In this document: positions 13,401 through 28,400 of the stretch, piece after piece
Numbering within the stretch: position 1 is the first letter of the stretch
How the letters are laid out: each line of letters starts with the position of its first letter
Assembly: GCF_964355755.1 (NCBI RefSeq)
Contig: NC_092677.1
Location: 7,958,101-8,022,100 of the forward strand
DNA from: Antedon mediterranea
Taxonomy: Eukaryota; Animalia; Echinodermata
DNA: 64,000 nucleotides
Direction of reading: 5' to 3'
Notes under the pieces: model-generated
Told to the model about the DNA's origin: nothing
The model's input: only the letters and a program-made list of their open reading frames with translations
Database searches by the model: none
Position numbers and translations under genes: made by a program

Positions 13401-16400
13401 ATGGATGCCCCCAACAAAATAATAGGCCTAACTACAATAACTTACACTTCCTACTGCTAACTCTAACATATTGATGATTTTGTTTAGATACCCGCATTAG
13501 CGGTAGGTAAAGCTGGTTCCACATACAAGAAATGCGTAAAAAATAACGACCTTGCAATTGTAATAACTATTGGGATGTGTAAGAAAGAAGCCGTAAAAGT
13601 AATATCGACTTTAGCATCTTACAAACAAAAAATCCCTGTCACCGTGTTTGTGTACAGCGAGTTTGCTGTGCAATGGCCAGAACTGGTAACATCCTGGGCG
13701 AAAGTCTATGACATTGGTCTCCGAGGAACGCATCAATACCCGCCTGGACATTTTGATCAGTTGCAAAAAGCATGGGTTAGAGAAGCCATCGTTACTGCTG
13801 AGATGCGGCTTAATGAAATCGGCATAACGCCAACTTACTTTCTACCAGATGAATTTAAAGAAAAGAGTGCGTTGCATACACAGTTAAGTGCTCGAGCATT
13901 TAGAATCGTACAGCCAGGTTCGCAGTTCCCTCTGAAGAATGCTGGTAAGTGATGAAATGTTTTAATATTGTTTATAAATCAAATCACAAAATAAATGATT
14001 CAATAAATAAAACTTAATGGAGCATAATATGCGGTTAAGACAGTGGAACTGCAATACCTTGCCATTATTATTAACATCGGCAAGGGTTCGAGCCTCACTC
14101 GCTCCATGGTTCTGGTGGTAGAACGAGTCTTCTCGGATAAGGACTATAAACCGTAGGTCCAGTGCACATATCTGGCTTATGTGCACTTTAAAGAACCTAG
14201 TACATCCCCGAGTACATCTTTCGAGACGAGTAGGAGGTTACCTCGGTGTACTAATACACACAGTCACTCATTAAGAGGGCCACTTGATTGTCAGCACACG
14301 CTATTTAGGGTCACCCTCTATAAATAAGGTGTAATAAAAAAAAATGAGAGAGGGGGGCCGGTTTAACAACTTAATGGAGGGAAAGTATGAAACGTCATCG
14401 TTTTATTACTACACCATGCATTATTATACAAATATTGACTGCACTGCTTAGAGGTTAAATATAAGATTTGACATCCCCGAGGGAATAATATTTTGTTCGA
14501 GGGAATATATATTTCTTGAGAACATAATAATAACATAATTTAACCATAATAAGCCTGCCTTGCGAAGAATAATATTCAGATAATTACTAATTAATGATTC
14601 CTTGGCAATAATATATTCACTTAGGCCTAGGTCGTTTAAATTTCCATCAATAAGCCTACATTAATAATAGTAATTATTATCAGGTATGCCGAATAAAATA
14701 ACATTAATAATTCGTCTTCTTCGAGGAGCCGAATCACCGGATGTTCAGAGCGCCGCATGCCTTTTTGAATGGCATGCCGACAGAATTATTTGTGTCCTGT
14801 TAGGTTAAGGCAGAAACTATAGAGGGCCTGAATCCATACATGAATACACATGAATATTCATGAATATCCATACATGAATATACATGAATATTCATGAAGT
14901 GACGAAAAACCCTGTAAATAGTTTTCACGCGATAATCGAAAATTATCTCTCGTCGTCGCGCTGCTAGGGTAGCTGCTGCAAAAACACTCACCAACCATGT
15001 AGCCGCGCCCTACGTAGGCCTACATGTAGTATTAACAATTAAATGTAAATGAAATAATTCATTAAGAATTTGACACTAGTGTTCTAACCCTTCTGAAAAA
15101 AAGTACATACATGTTTTATGTTAGTCTAACATTGTATTTTCAGACCTAATTAACATACATTATTCCCTATTATAATAAATACATGGGAAAATCTTTGGAA
15201 CTGCTAATAAATAAAAATAAAAACGTTATAATAATGTTGCTTATGTTTGTGAAATAATTATTTTATTTGACATCCAACAAAGTACATATTAAATGAATTA
15301 AATTGATTAATTAAAAAACCACACATAACCTTTAGAATCATCAAGAACGGTTGTTACCTTCCTTTAATCATGGGGGTACAAACTCCATGCTTTAATTGTA
15401 TTCCACATAGGCATAGATTTAAAGTTATATTAGTTACGGTATTTTACCGTCTGAATATTTTGGTCAAAATGAATATTGATTTAATGTTTATTTTTTTATT
15501 TATTTTACAAGTCCCGAAGATGCGTGTGCTTTGTAAAAATGTGTTTCTTTTACTATGAATCAAGTCAAGTGTTTTTGACTGGCACATAAAAAAAACTTCA
15601 GCATCACCTCTTTCTTATTAAAAAAATATCATTAATATTCACTGTAGTGATGGCAATGTGCACGCTATAATATCGCTGCTGTTTCTGGAATTGAAGACCG
15701 CCGATTCGGCTTAATAATACAGTATTTAGGCCTAGTAAAATATTAACATTTTAACACACATGGCGTGTCATACATATTCAAGAATAATTACAATTCTGGC
15801 GGCCGAAATTAACAATACATATTTTGTCCTTTTTGGCGTTTCATGGATTTGGCAATTCCATAACCGGCGGCCGAAATGACTGGTGGCCGAAATAAAGTAG
15901 GCGAGCAAACAACTCAACAACAACGAGAGAACAAGGCGGCCATATAGATGGCTGCAGTCGATCGCGGGGTGTCACGAAAGCTAAGATCCCCTAAGACCTA
16001 AGATCACGAAAGCTAAGACCCAAGGCCTAAGATTACAATATTTATCTTTCGCACCTGCCTTGTATTTTAACCTCCAACATTTATTCTTAATACCACACCT
16101 TAGAATTAGCACTTTTATGAAAAATAATCATAAAAAGTAACAAATACATATTTAAATTGATGATTCTACAGACGTTTTCCCAGCTAACAAAATAACGTTT
16201 TATTAACGTCGTACAAACGTTCATTTAAAACCAAAAAAACGTTTCATAAATGTTTTGATGAAATGTTTCTTTAACGTTTTTTTGTGAACAAAATTCAAGT
16301 TTTTATTACGCTTAAAAAACGTACAGTTGAAACGTTTAAATAGCGTTACTGAACGTAACAGAAACCAAAAAGAAACGTTTAAAAAATGCTTTGGATGTGT

Positions 16401-19400
16401 GTTTAATAGGTTTAAAAACCGTATATTCGGAACGTTTAAATAGCGTTACTGAACGTAACAGAAACCAAAAAGAAACGTTTAATAAATGCTTTGGATGCGT
16501 GTTTAATAGGTTTCAAAAACCGTATATTCGGAACGTTTAAATAGCGTAACTACTGAACGTAACAGAAACCAAAAAGAGACGTTTAATAAATGCTTTGGAT
16601 ACGTGTTTAATAGGTTTAAAAAACCGTATGTTCGGAACGTTTAAATAGCGTAACTACTGAACGTAACAGAAACCAAAAAAAGACGTTTAATAAATGCTTT
16701 GGATGTGTATTTAATAGGTTTCAAAAACCGTATATTCAGAACGCTTAAATAGCGTTTTACTGAATGTAACAGAAACCAAAATAAAACGTTTTTAACTCAG
16801 TGTTTACAAACGTATATTCGTAACGTTTAAATAACGTTACCGAGCGTAACAGAAACAAACGTAAAAAAAAGTACTAGTAGGCCTGTATAACAACATCACA
16901 ACATTCTGGCAATGTTATACAGTATTTACAGAATCTATCTAACTATAGTAGACGAAAAGCTGAACTGGTGTAATAACATTCAAAAACTCTATAAAAAAGG
17001 GATATAATGTACCTGTTAAGACAACTTAGGAAATTTAATGTTAGCAAACAAATTTTTATACTGTTCTACCAATCGACCATACTTAGTGTTATATCTTTTT
17101 GTAGAATTATCTGGGATCTTGTTTATATTAAAAAGATAAGGAACTATATTAAATAAAATTACCAGAAGGGCTGGCAGGTTATTGGAGTTATCTTAATTTC
17201 AACTATGATGCAGGTGTTCTCTCCTTGGTAAAACGTGTACTCTCACAAACAGACCACCCCCTCCATAAGGTATACACTTTTCTTCCACCTAATATTCGTA
17301 TCCATCTGCCTCGAAGCCGTACTAAACGATACAATAAATCATTTGTCCCACAATCTATTTTCACCTATAACAAAATTGTTGAACGCTAACTCATGGAGAG
17401 AACACCTGGATCATTGACTTTTTGATATTTTATACTGTGATTATCTTCAATCTGCAATTTCCATTAAAGTTGTTTCTGTTTTCTTTTGATTCTACAAAAA
17501 AGAACAAAAAAAAAAACATTATATAACATGTAATAGAAGTGAATTTTCTCAATGCAAGAGCAGATATAAATATAAATGAACATCAAGACGCTATACATAT
17601 CTTTCACTATTTGTAAATTTATCAATGTGTGAGCAAAGAAAAAGACTCCAAACCACGTAGACCTATATCACATATTGGAGACCTACTGAAATGAAAACTT
17701 AACATAATTTCAGACCTCATATGAGTTGGGTAAGATTTTAGAAAAAACTCCGCCACTCATACAGTACTTAGGCCTACCTTCACACCCTTTTTAAATGGAG
17801 TTGATTTGAGATACTTCCCAATTTCACTTTCAATCTCTTTGTCTGTATTGGTGTCTGTTCTACAAACACCTAAGAAAAAAGAGGAACTGTCAGTTTAGTT
17901 GATAGACCAAATACACCAGAATGAATTCCTAAATTCAGACATACAGTATCTTCTGGTAGAACTTTTGTGTATATAAAATCATCCACAGTAACTACATAAT
18001 AAATTAACATAGCAATATTAAGTGCTTACAGGTTATTATTGAACAAAGTGCAGTACCCTTAAAGGATTTTTTTTCATTCCTCCCCTCCATGTTGAAAAAA
18101 GACCAGAGGTCTGCAGTTGCTGTTTTCTTTAAGCAATTCCGTACGCTTTGGCCTAAATTATTTGACTTCTGGCGTCTTAAAGTCTGTATCTGTTAAAAGT
18201 ATACACATAGACATTTTTCAGTTTGTTTTAAATTATTACGAATGAGATGTCATGAATAAAATGCAAATATAATATATGCAAACACCATCATACTATAGGC
18301 CTACATGGTAGGAGTCTAATGCTTAATTCATTCATTCATTCAAAATAACATTTATTTTCTTCATTAGTAACATAAATACAATTTCTTAAATAAAGGGATG
18401 TGGTTTGCTTACAATAAATCGCTAGTTACATTTTTGTTGTGTCTGAGCCAATTACATAAAAAGAAAAACATAAATGAGATTAAAGAACAGAAGTCAAACA
18501 TGTTGTAATTAGTCCAAACAATAAAAGAGACCTACCACACTGTCCTTCAGATTGTCATTTTTTAGTTTGACTTCAAAACAGTCAAATTGTGCCATACTTG
18601 ACATAGGCCATTCTTTAGGTTCAAACTGAGATTCTCTTGGTTCTCTTTCATTTGCTTTTAAAAGGTTTTTTATTTCCAGTAGATCATTTTCTAAACTATT
18701 AAACCTCATTAACACTTGAACTTTGAAACTATCTGCAAGATCAAATTATCTAAAATTGTAAAGTAACACAGCAACAATATATAACAATGAATAATGCATA
18801 CATACACACATACATATATTATGAAGATGAATAAATACATGTGTCAACTTTAAAAATAATAAAGCCAATCATAAATAAAGGCTAAATCTTACTTTTGGAA
18901 TTTTCCCTTTGTTTCTTTATTGGTGGGCTTGTTGATGATTCTAGAAAAACATAAAAAGACAAATAAAAATAAGGCCATGTATGATCTAAAATTTAAAATA
19001 AGACAGTTTTAATTTAATTGCCGTATGAAAGCATTTTTCAATACTAACACTAGAACGTTTTTTCTATAAACTAAATTGCTAAAATTAGGTATGGTAGGTA
19101 AAGGTACAAAAGCCATTAATTAACAATAAAATGATAACAATGACAATATTAATAACGATGATGATAGTAATACAAATAGAAAACTACACACCAAATGACA
19201 GTTTACATATTTTAATCAGCCACAACTTGACAAAACTGACCCTTAAAATGTATTTTTTGAAATACTTTATAGGATAGACTATTGTATGTGTACTACTGTA
19301 GAAGTAAAATTACAATATTGAACGATTGGGCCTAAATAAAAAGTATCTACATCTACAATTAATACCACTCTTTTTAAAACTTTGTATAGTAACAAAATGT

Positions 19401-22400
19401 TAATGTTTAAAAACGAAATACCAGCCTGTGAAAAATTTAAACATAAGAATCCACATTTTCTGCAATATGTAATAGGCCTCTGCACAGGTTTTAAAAGCAT
19501 TCACTGACGAACCTATTTAAACATAGCTCCCAAATAGTCGCACATATTTATTAAATTTGTAGCCAACCCATCAATGGTTAAATTGTTATACGTTCTAAGT
19601 TATAAGCGTAATAATTTTAGTGTAAACCTTGTCTTCTCAATAAATAGCAAACCTTTGCCAATGAACGGTTTAATATTGAACCTGGTGAATTGCCACATAT
19701 CATACCGATGGTTTGCAGTCAATATACAAATAATAAATGTTTGAGTGGAATAGACAGAATATTTTCATGAGTTGGAAGATGGACTGGGCTATTGAACTTG
19801 GCTCCACCTCGTTGAATAGACAAGTCCATCTCCTAACGAATGAAAATATTATGTCCATTCCATGCAAACATTCATTATTTGTTTTATAGCACACCTACTG
19901 TGCAGTTTTAGTAATAACAAATCTGCATAGTCAAGCAACACAAAGAAAGCCTTGATGATGGGCTGCCATATTGAAATGAATGTCATATAGATGGCGCTAT
20001 AGGATTTTCCTCACGGAGGGGAGCAATTATAGACTGCGCACTCTACAGGCTGGTTTTCGATCGTGCAGTTTTCATAGGCCTACCACTTTGAACAAGATTC
20101 TCAAAATTAAAAAAAAAACAACATGAACTTGCAATGTACCATCTGAACGTGCAATGTACCACCCAATCGTGAGGATGAATCGAAATAATGAACGGCACGT
20201 GATACGTAATCAACCAATCAAATGGCAAGAATACACATAGGTGTCTTATAAATCAAAATAATTGGCAGGATTAGATTAAATTTTGGTTTTCCTTAAATAC
20301 CCACAGACTGTTACCTGAATCTAATCGAAAAGCATCCTCTCTTAATAGAGGCCATGGAAAACTTTGTTCAATTTCTATTTCGTCAGACATTATTTCTGTT
20401 GCTGAAAACCAAATTTCGGAATTATTCAAAGATGGATTCTTTTTACATTTTTTTCTGTTTATGCAAAGCAAGACAAGCATTTAAGTTAAAAAAATTGCAT
20501 TCTTTATGATTAAATAATAACTTAAAGAAATACCTGACAGAAAAGATGTTGCAGGACTGGGTGCAGGGGGTGAGGGGGTTACTGGTAGCACTGGTTGTAA
20601 ATCATCATCATCTAAAAAGTATGAAAATGTTTATTCTAAATAAACTATACATACTATGCAATTTGTTTACATCATCTTATTTATCAGTAAACAGGACAAT
20701 TCAGCTTGAAAACAAATGATGATACAGTATATAGATAATAAAAATACATTTTTTTCATCTCAAAACTATAATAATAAAGGTAAAGGTATTCATATTTATC
20801 CTCAAGCTCAACTGGAAACTGAGGAAATTCGGATTAGGCCCTCCACGGACCCACGGCAGCCAGCAGTGCAGCGCCTACCAGATCAGCACACCGGGAGACG
20901 ATCCCCTACTCTTTTCGAATAATGTACCAAGTTCTTCAACGTGCACTGTTAAGTACACAGGAACAACGGCTTTACATCCCATCCGAAGGACGAGGCAATG
21001 AGAGTAAAGCATCTTGCCTAAGGATGCAATTAGTATGGTACAGATAACCTTGAACCCATGCCTATCACATGCCAGTCTGATATTACCATTACACCATCAC
21101 TCTCCAGTATATACAGCACCCGTCGCGATTTATAGACGGTCTCCCATCCAGAACGCAACCGGGCCCAACGTTGCTTAACTTCGGTGATCCGACGAGAACC
21201 GGTGTTTCAACGCTGTATGGCCGTATATATATTTATAATATAAATTCATGGACTCAGGACTTAACTCTTCCCATTCCATAATGCCTCACCTGAACTTAGT
21301 TCACTTAAACTCTTCTGTGTGTGTTTCTTTTTTTTTTGAGATAGAGAAAAGTTCATTTCTGTAATAAATAAATGATATAAATATTAATTTTACATATCAA
21401 AACTAAATGTTTATAAAACAAAATGTTGTATTTATTTACCTTATCAATATAAGGAAATTTATTTTTAGAATAAAAAAAAGTTTCATTTTATTTCTAGTTA
21501 TGCAAAAGACAAATATTTGAGTTTAAACAAATTAAAATTCTTTATGATTAAATAAAAGTATACAGTATATTAAACAAAAATCAAAATACCTGACTGTAAA
21601 GATGTCGATGGACCTGGTATTTCATCATCTGAAAAGTATGCATTTTTTAATTAAAATTAATGACAACTTACTGATAAGGCTTCTTAAAAACAATATTCAA
21701 ATTGTTTACATCATTTTATTTATTGGTAAAAAAGAAAATTCAGCCCAGTAACGAAGGACGATAAATAGATAAATATATGTTTTTCCTACAGAAAGCAAAA
21801 GAAAGTTCTTCATCATAGATAATTATTATTCAAGATAATTATTTATAATGTCCTCAATGAAAATGATATTTTCATAAATCCAATCAAATGACGTCATGAA
21901 CTAAAGAATAATAAAATTTAAACAAATTTGTTCCTTAACATCTAAGTATAACTAGATTTGAACTTGTCACGGTGATGAGTTAGGCTATCGCGCAACGCAT
22001 CGTAATTCTATTCATTAGGCTCAGTCTACAGTAACGATTGTACAAACAGCATAGCATTGATCAAAATCGTTTAACAAGCGTTACTGGCACAACCGGTATT
22101 GGCATTGTAAACGGTTTAAATGACGGTTATTTTTTTATTTTACACCACTCACGTTTACTTAATTGTTTGAGTATGATGACCTTTTCAAATTGAAAATAAA
22201 GTTCATATGTCATAAGGAGAATGTTTTGAGTAATAAGATTAATTGAAAAATTCAGATGACCATATGATGACTAAACAACATACTTATGATCTAAATGTCA
22301 CATGAATATATATCTACAACTCATTGCCCTTTATAATAAGTTAAACAAATAGGGGGTCACCAGCCATCCAGGTGAGCTATAATCGATTCAAAATAGGCAT

Positions 22401-25400
22401 ATTTTTACAAAAATTTGCATAAAATTAGACCAATTTTCAAGCGCACGATTTTTAAAGTTTATTTTGCATTGATAATTCATCAAATATGAAAGAAATATAT
22501 CATAAAACTATAAAAGACAATAATCAAGCGCAAAAACGTGCTTTCTAGGCTGCGTATGGGGTTAGTGCGCAAAGCGCGCGCGCAACGCATATTTTTTTGA
22601 AAAATGTGAAATGCTTGAAAAGTCCTGAAACGTGTAGAAATTAGATTTTCAGAATTTTTAACTTTCAAAGCGTGATAATACCAATGTTAAAAATGTTGCT
22701 GATGATACAGGAAGATGACCCTTGACATGAAGCATACGTGTTTCAAGTGGTATTTAAAAATATCTATTGGTTTTCAATTTATAGTCGATCTAAGAATTTA
22801 AGAAAATCGCGCATAGTTACGCTACGCGACATTGCACAACTACATATATACGCGCATCTGCTGGCCAAGTTACAACATAACTGCTACCGCCGTTTTTTAG
22901 ATCTGCGTGCAAAAAAAAATAAGCAAAAAAATTGAAATCTTTGACAATAACAATAGGCTATCGCTCTACAGAGAGCGATAGCCTAAATAGAACTTAACTC
23001 TTTCCATTCCATAATGCCTCACCTGAACTTAGTTCACTTGAATTTTTTCTTTTAGGCCTACATGTTTTTTGAGGTTTTATTGGAAAATAGGAAAAATCCA
23101 TTTCTGTAATAAAGAAATGAAAAAAAATCGTGATAACACAAAAAATAAGTATTTAATTACCTCATAAATATAGAATGAAAATTCAAATAAAAACCTTACA
23201 AACCAGAGGTATTTTACCTTGAAAATATTTATAAACTATAAAATATTCCCTCTGTGATGTACTTACAAGATGCTTGGTAAAGGTATTGAGGTACTTTAAT
23301 GTAATTTTCGACAACATTTCAAATGATGGTCAATGTGATTTTAGTCGTAGTTCGCTCTAAAACTTTAAAAATGACATCATTTTAATTCATAAACCAAACT
23401 TCAACTAAATCGCCGACTAATTCAGGCCAACCTCGACTAAATCGAGACGGATTTTGATCAATTTTGTTAGTCCTGGAGGGGGCAGGCTAAATGGTCGACT
23501 AAATGGTTTTTAAACGATGTTTATGAACAAGGCCAACAGCCATTAAGTCGCGTGCTACAATGCATAGTGATACCGGACCGACAGACAAACAGACTGACAG
23601 ACAGACAGACAGACGGACCGACCGACATAGTGAACTATACTGACCGAAATTACTGAACATGTTTAAAAATGTTGAAATGTTTAAAAACATTTATATTGTT
23701 TTAATTTACACGTGCGTAGCCTGTCACATTTGACGTGCTCGTATAACGTAATTTCGAGTTGAAAATTAAGTCAAGAAAACAGAAATCGGGCAAAAAGTGT
23801 GCGCAATAACATTTAACGCGCAGTGCGCGCGCAAAAATCTGCGCACTCATGGCAATTTTGTAAACGCTTAAAATTGCCTGAAACGTACTCTTATTTCATC
23901 GAAAATAAATTTTGAAAATTTTAAGCGCGCGTACGCATGCGTTACATGTGCTACGCACGTAATTGTATTGCCATATGATGATTTATGCCCTGAAATTTAT
24001 GAGTACCAAATTTTATTTAATTGTGATTCATGGTTGTTAAGATATGATTACAAACGTGATTTCGTTAAATCGTGCGTAGACCGCGTAATTTTTTATTGCG
24101 CACCGTGAAAACATAACTACATCGATTCCTGGCCATAAGGAATATTCTGTGAAAAATTGACTTAGCTAGATTAAACTGATATCAAGATAAGGTCATAAAG
24201 CGACAAAACGCATAGTGATACCGGACCGACAGACAGACAGACCGACAGACAGACCGACAGACAGACAGACAGACAGACCGACCGACCGACTTAGTGAACT
24301 ATAGAGTCGCTTCCACGCGACTAAAAACGTAACAGTCATTGAGTTGTTATATTGGCCAGATATTGAAGAATGAAATATCTATTTTTATATTAGCTTAATT
24401 AAATATACATTGGTATAAGTTATAATAATGAAAATCATCTTTATTTACAACTGTATACAAATTACATTATTTTCTTCGCGCAAGTCCGACTTGAACTACG
24501 TCATGCCATAGCGACAATGGCAGATGCGGAAATTCACCAAGCGATGGAATGTTTAGGGGGCTAAGCGCTTTTTTGTCACGCTATGAAATGCGTGGTTTGT
24601 TGCGATCATACTTTGTTGGGGGCCTAGAAAATATGAAAGTTACCGTACCGCCATGGTTTCGTTTGTTGTTAATACTTCACTGTTAAATTTATACTGATCT
24701 TAATTAATTAATGATTAAAATTATTTTTCATGTATATAGTCCTGATGCGTAAAAAGTTTTGTAAGAAAATGGAAAGTGATATCAATGCGCAAAATTTCGT
24801 CTGCTCCTCAAATACTCTCTTGTCATTGGCCAATGTATAGCCTTTTTTACTCAGACGTGTGCAACTCGACTAAAACCTTTACTTCATTAAGTCGAACTGC
24901 AAACTTCGACTACTTCGTTTATGAATCGAATTTGAAGTAATAGCTCGAACTACGACTTTTTCAAGTCGAACTTTGAACTACGACTAAAGTCCGGTTTAAG
25001 AATACTAAACTATAGTTTAAGACTCTACGTAATTAAACACAATTACAGCCTACCTTCATCGTTTTCATCAGAATAGATCAAGGTGTTTCTCTTCTTTTTT
25101 CTTTTTCCATCATCTTCATCTTCTTCGAACGTTGACGTATCTTCACCTTTCCTTCTCATTTTTTTTGCTAACTCAAAATCAGTTGTTAATTTGCTTATTT
25201 TTCTGATTTTGAATAATTTCCATTTTTCTCTATCTGGTTGTTCGTGTTTATACGCCAATTTTATAATGTTTGATCGGCCAACCGGCCAATGTACTGCTCT
25301 GACAATTTGGTTGTCCTAAAAAAAACAATTACAATTCTTTTTTTGCAAAATAGAACATTAACAGCATAATTTTTAGGTTATTTCACTTGCAGCAATACAA

Positions 25401-28400
25401 AATAAAAATAGGACAGCAGTTTACTTGACCTCCTATAGACAGGATTGAACTTTTAATATACTATCACATATTAATCATTGTATTTATGTATGTCAAACAA
25501 CATGAAGCAAACATGTTTTCAGTCTAAATTTTGTATAATTCAATTCAATTCAAATTCAATTATTCACAAACACAGTTCCTACTAGTACTTGGTTTCGTCT
25601 GTATACTTTTACTATAAACTAATCACACGACTATGGTTTAACTAAAATCATAATTCCTGAATTAAACATTCTTTATGAGTAAGTAAGCACAAGATATCTG
25701 TGTAAGACACATAGCCCATTTCCGACAGGCGTGCTTGCAAAATTATTACCAACATATATTACAAATATTCACATTGGACTATAATACCAGGAATCATTCG
25801 GTGAAATAGGGTCGAGGTATACCCAGGCAATAAAAAGTTTCTGACAAAATATGAATAATTTATTGATTTCTTTTTCTAAATATAGTATATATTATTCCTC
25901 ATACATTTTCAGAACACAGTTCTGTGAGAAAGAGGCTTAAGAGAGAGAATAACAAACAATCTAAAAAAAATAGTGAACATTCAAAAATATTGACAAAGAA
26001 AGTTTTCAGGTCATGTACAAGGCATACATCCGTCCACATATGGAATACTGTATACAGTCCTGGTCTCCTTACTATAACAAAGACAAAGAAATCTTGGAGA
26101 AGGTGCAGAGAAGAGCTACAAAGATGGTCAAGTCAATAAGTGATCTACCATATGAAAAAAGGTTAGAATATCTTGATCTTCAACCATTAGAGACAAGAAG
26201 ACTACGAGGAGATTTGATTGAAGCTTTCAAAATTTTGAAAGGCTTTGAGGATATTGACCCAAAAGATTTATTTAAATTGTCTCACAACATCAGAACCAGG
26301 GGACACAGCTTAAAACTATATCGTCCAAAACTTAGAGGAAATCTTATGTGCAGGGTCAACTTTTTTACCATCAGAGTCATACATCACTGGAATTCTCTGC
26401 CTGAATATGTAATACAAGCCTCTTCAGTGAACATCTTTAAGTCTAGACTTGACAACTATTTTCGGCTAGAAATGGAATCTAATAGGCACTAGCCTAAACT
26501 ATTTCCATCAAACATTAAGTGTAAGTGTAAGTGTAAGTGTACTTACACTATCTATCACTTCTGCTAACCATTTCTCTGATATAATTTCAACCGACTCTTC
26601 TTCTAATTCCGTGCCTTTAAATATAACTACAGCATATCTTTGTTCCATTCTGTAAAGTTAAAAAGACTACATGTTATTGCTTTTTTCTCATAAAAAGTCT
26701 CATCTTTTTTGTTATGTCCGGTTGTCATAACTCTACATAGTAGCAGGTGCTCTACATAGATTTTGCCTTAGAAATACTGGTTTCTGAGTGAAAAGATATT
26801 TTTGTTTTTAAGTCTTTAAAAAAGGTATCAGATATAAAATAAATAAAAAATAAATAAAATTTAATTGTTAACTATTCTACTACATACATACAGTACTGTG
26901 TGTAATTGTAACTGATGAAAGTATGGTTGCACATTACGAAACCTCTTTTTTTCAAATTAATCTACTATATCACAGTAGGACATACAGGTACAGCTAAGTT
27001 AAGATTTCTCAACTTCTTAGAATCACTCAATTATAATGTAAAAGACCCATAAACACTGCAGCGTTGTCATCAATATTACACTTCATTGCTTTAAATCTTA
27101 AGTCTGTCCTTTTTATCTTTTTAATTGAGGTAAACCTGTTTCTAACTTTATGTATATTTATTATCTTGGAGTCACAAGGAGAGGTAAATAAACTTTCACT
27201 TCTGGCATATACCCTACATACAAAACTAGTAGAGTTCTCATCATAATGATCTTCAATAACTTCACAACAAGTGTCAGCTGATATAATGTAACAGTTATTT
27301 GGTGATTTAAATGATATACTTGCAGGTGTTTGATTTAAGTTAACTCTTTCCTTCAATACATGTCTTTCACTTATTCTTTTTGCTATTTGCGAAATTGGAT
27401 GTCTGCCAGACCTTACAAGTTTCTTTAAAGTGTACATGTAATTTTCAAAGCCAAATGCTGAACAATTATTCAGATTTCCAAACAAGTCGGCTTCATCTGC
27501 CAAATGTAAAAGTGTATGAACATTGTATATCAAAAATTCTTCGCCATACAAATTTCGCCCTTTTTCTACAAAATACACTAATAACTGATGGGCATATTCC
27601 TTGTAGGCAAGTGCTAATTTTGAGTTTACAAGTATACAGCAAGCTACACTCAAGGACATAAAATGCTCATATTTCTCATGTGAAAGGATTCTACTCAGGA
27701 CAAGCTTTCCTGTGTAAAGTAAGAATTGGCGAAATTCAGTGGCTTTCCATCTGTCTATTTCTGATAATCCTCTTGGTTTTCTCTGGAAATCATTAGTCAC
27801 ATATTTTTTTAACCCGATTAATTTTTCACTCACAGTTTGTACTTGGGCAGACGACAAACGAAATCTCAACAATCTGTTTGATCCCTTGACCCACATCAAC
27901 AACATTTTTTTCATAACACCAAGGCAAGTTTGATGCATAAAATCTATAGGAAAAGATGTTATCATATCAATCGGCAAGTCAAGGAATGGTGATTCATCAT
28001 TGTGATGATGTTCTCTAAACTCTCGATTTCTAAAATTTTGGTCTGTTCTTTTTTTTAAGTGTCTTGTTTGCAGGAACAACATTCTGCCATTTTTATGTTG
28101 CCCTCTTTGGCTACATTTATCACACCCGTGATAGCCTGAGTAAAGCTTTGTACGTTTTACGAACGCCCTGGCGGGTGCATCACATATTATGTACCGTATT
28201 TTGACTGGAACTGTCATTTCATTGACATCAAGTCCATTTTTTAGAAGATGCTGTAAATCAGCTATGGTGTCTGAAAGAAAATCTAAGTTACTAGGTTTTG
28301 TAGAACCTTCGGTCAATGCAACAATAAAGACATAAGTTGGTGTCAAATTGGCAATACAGCAAAGAACAGGCCAGATTGATGAACTAGAACTTTTAAACAA

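Noticed and set aside
7496-13944. Bacterial contamination or recent horizontal transfer of the FkbM gene
   Set aside because: It has five canonical spliceosomal introns filled with animal TEs. Ancient transfer cannot be judged without a phylogeny.
16320-16860. Regular repeats here and at 30170-31420 as a CRISPR-like array
   Set aside because: Whole units repeat with no unique spacers, there are no cas genes, and they sit just inside transposon TIRs.
21110-21228. Functional 5S rRNA gene
   Set aside because: The 3' part diverges, there is no oligo-T terminator or tandem array, and it runs into a SINE body.
23330-25010. Additional MITE hosting Helentron copy B
   Set aside because: Inverted GAACTACGACTAA motifs suggest one, but the termini and TSD could not be fixed.
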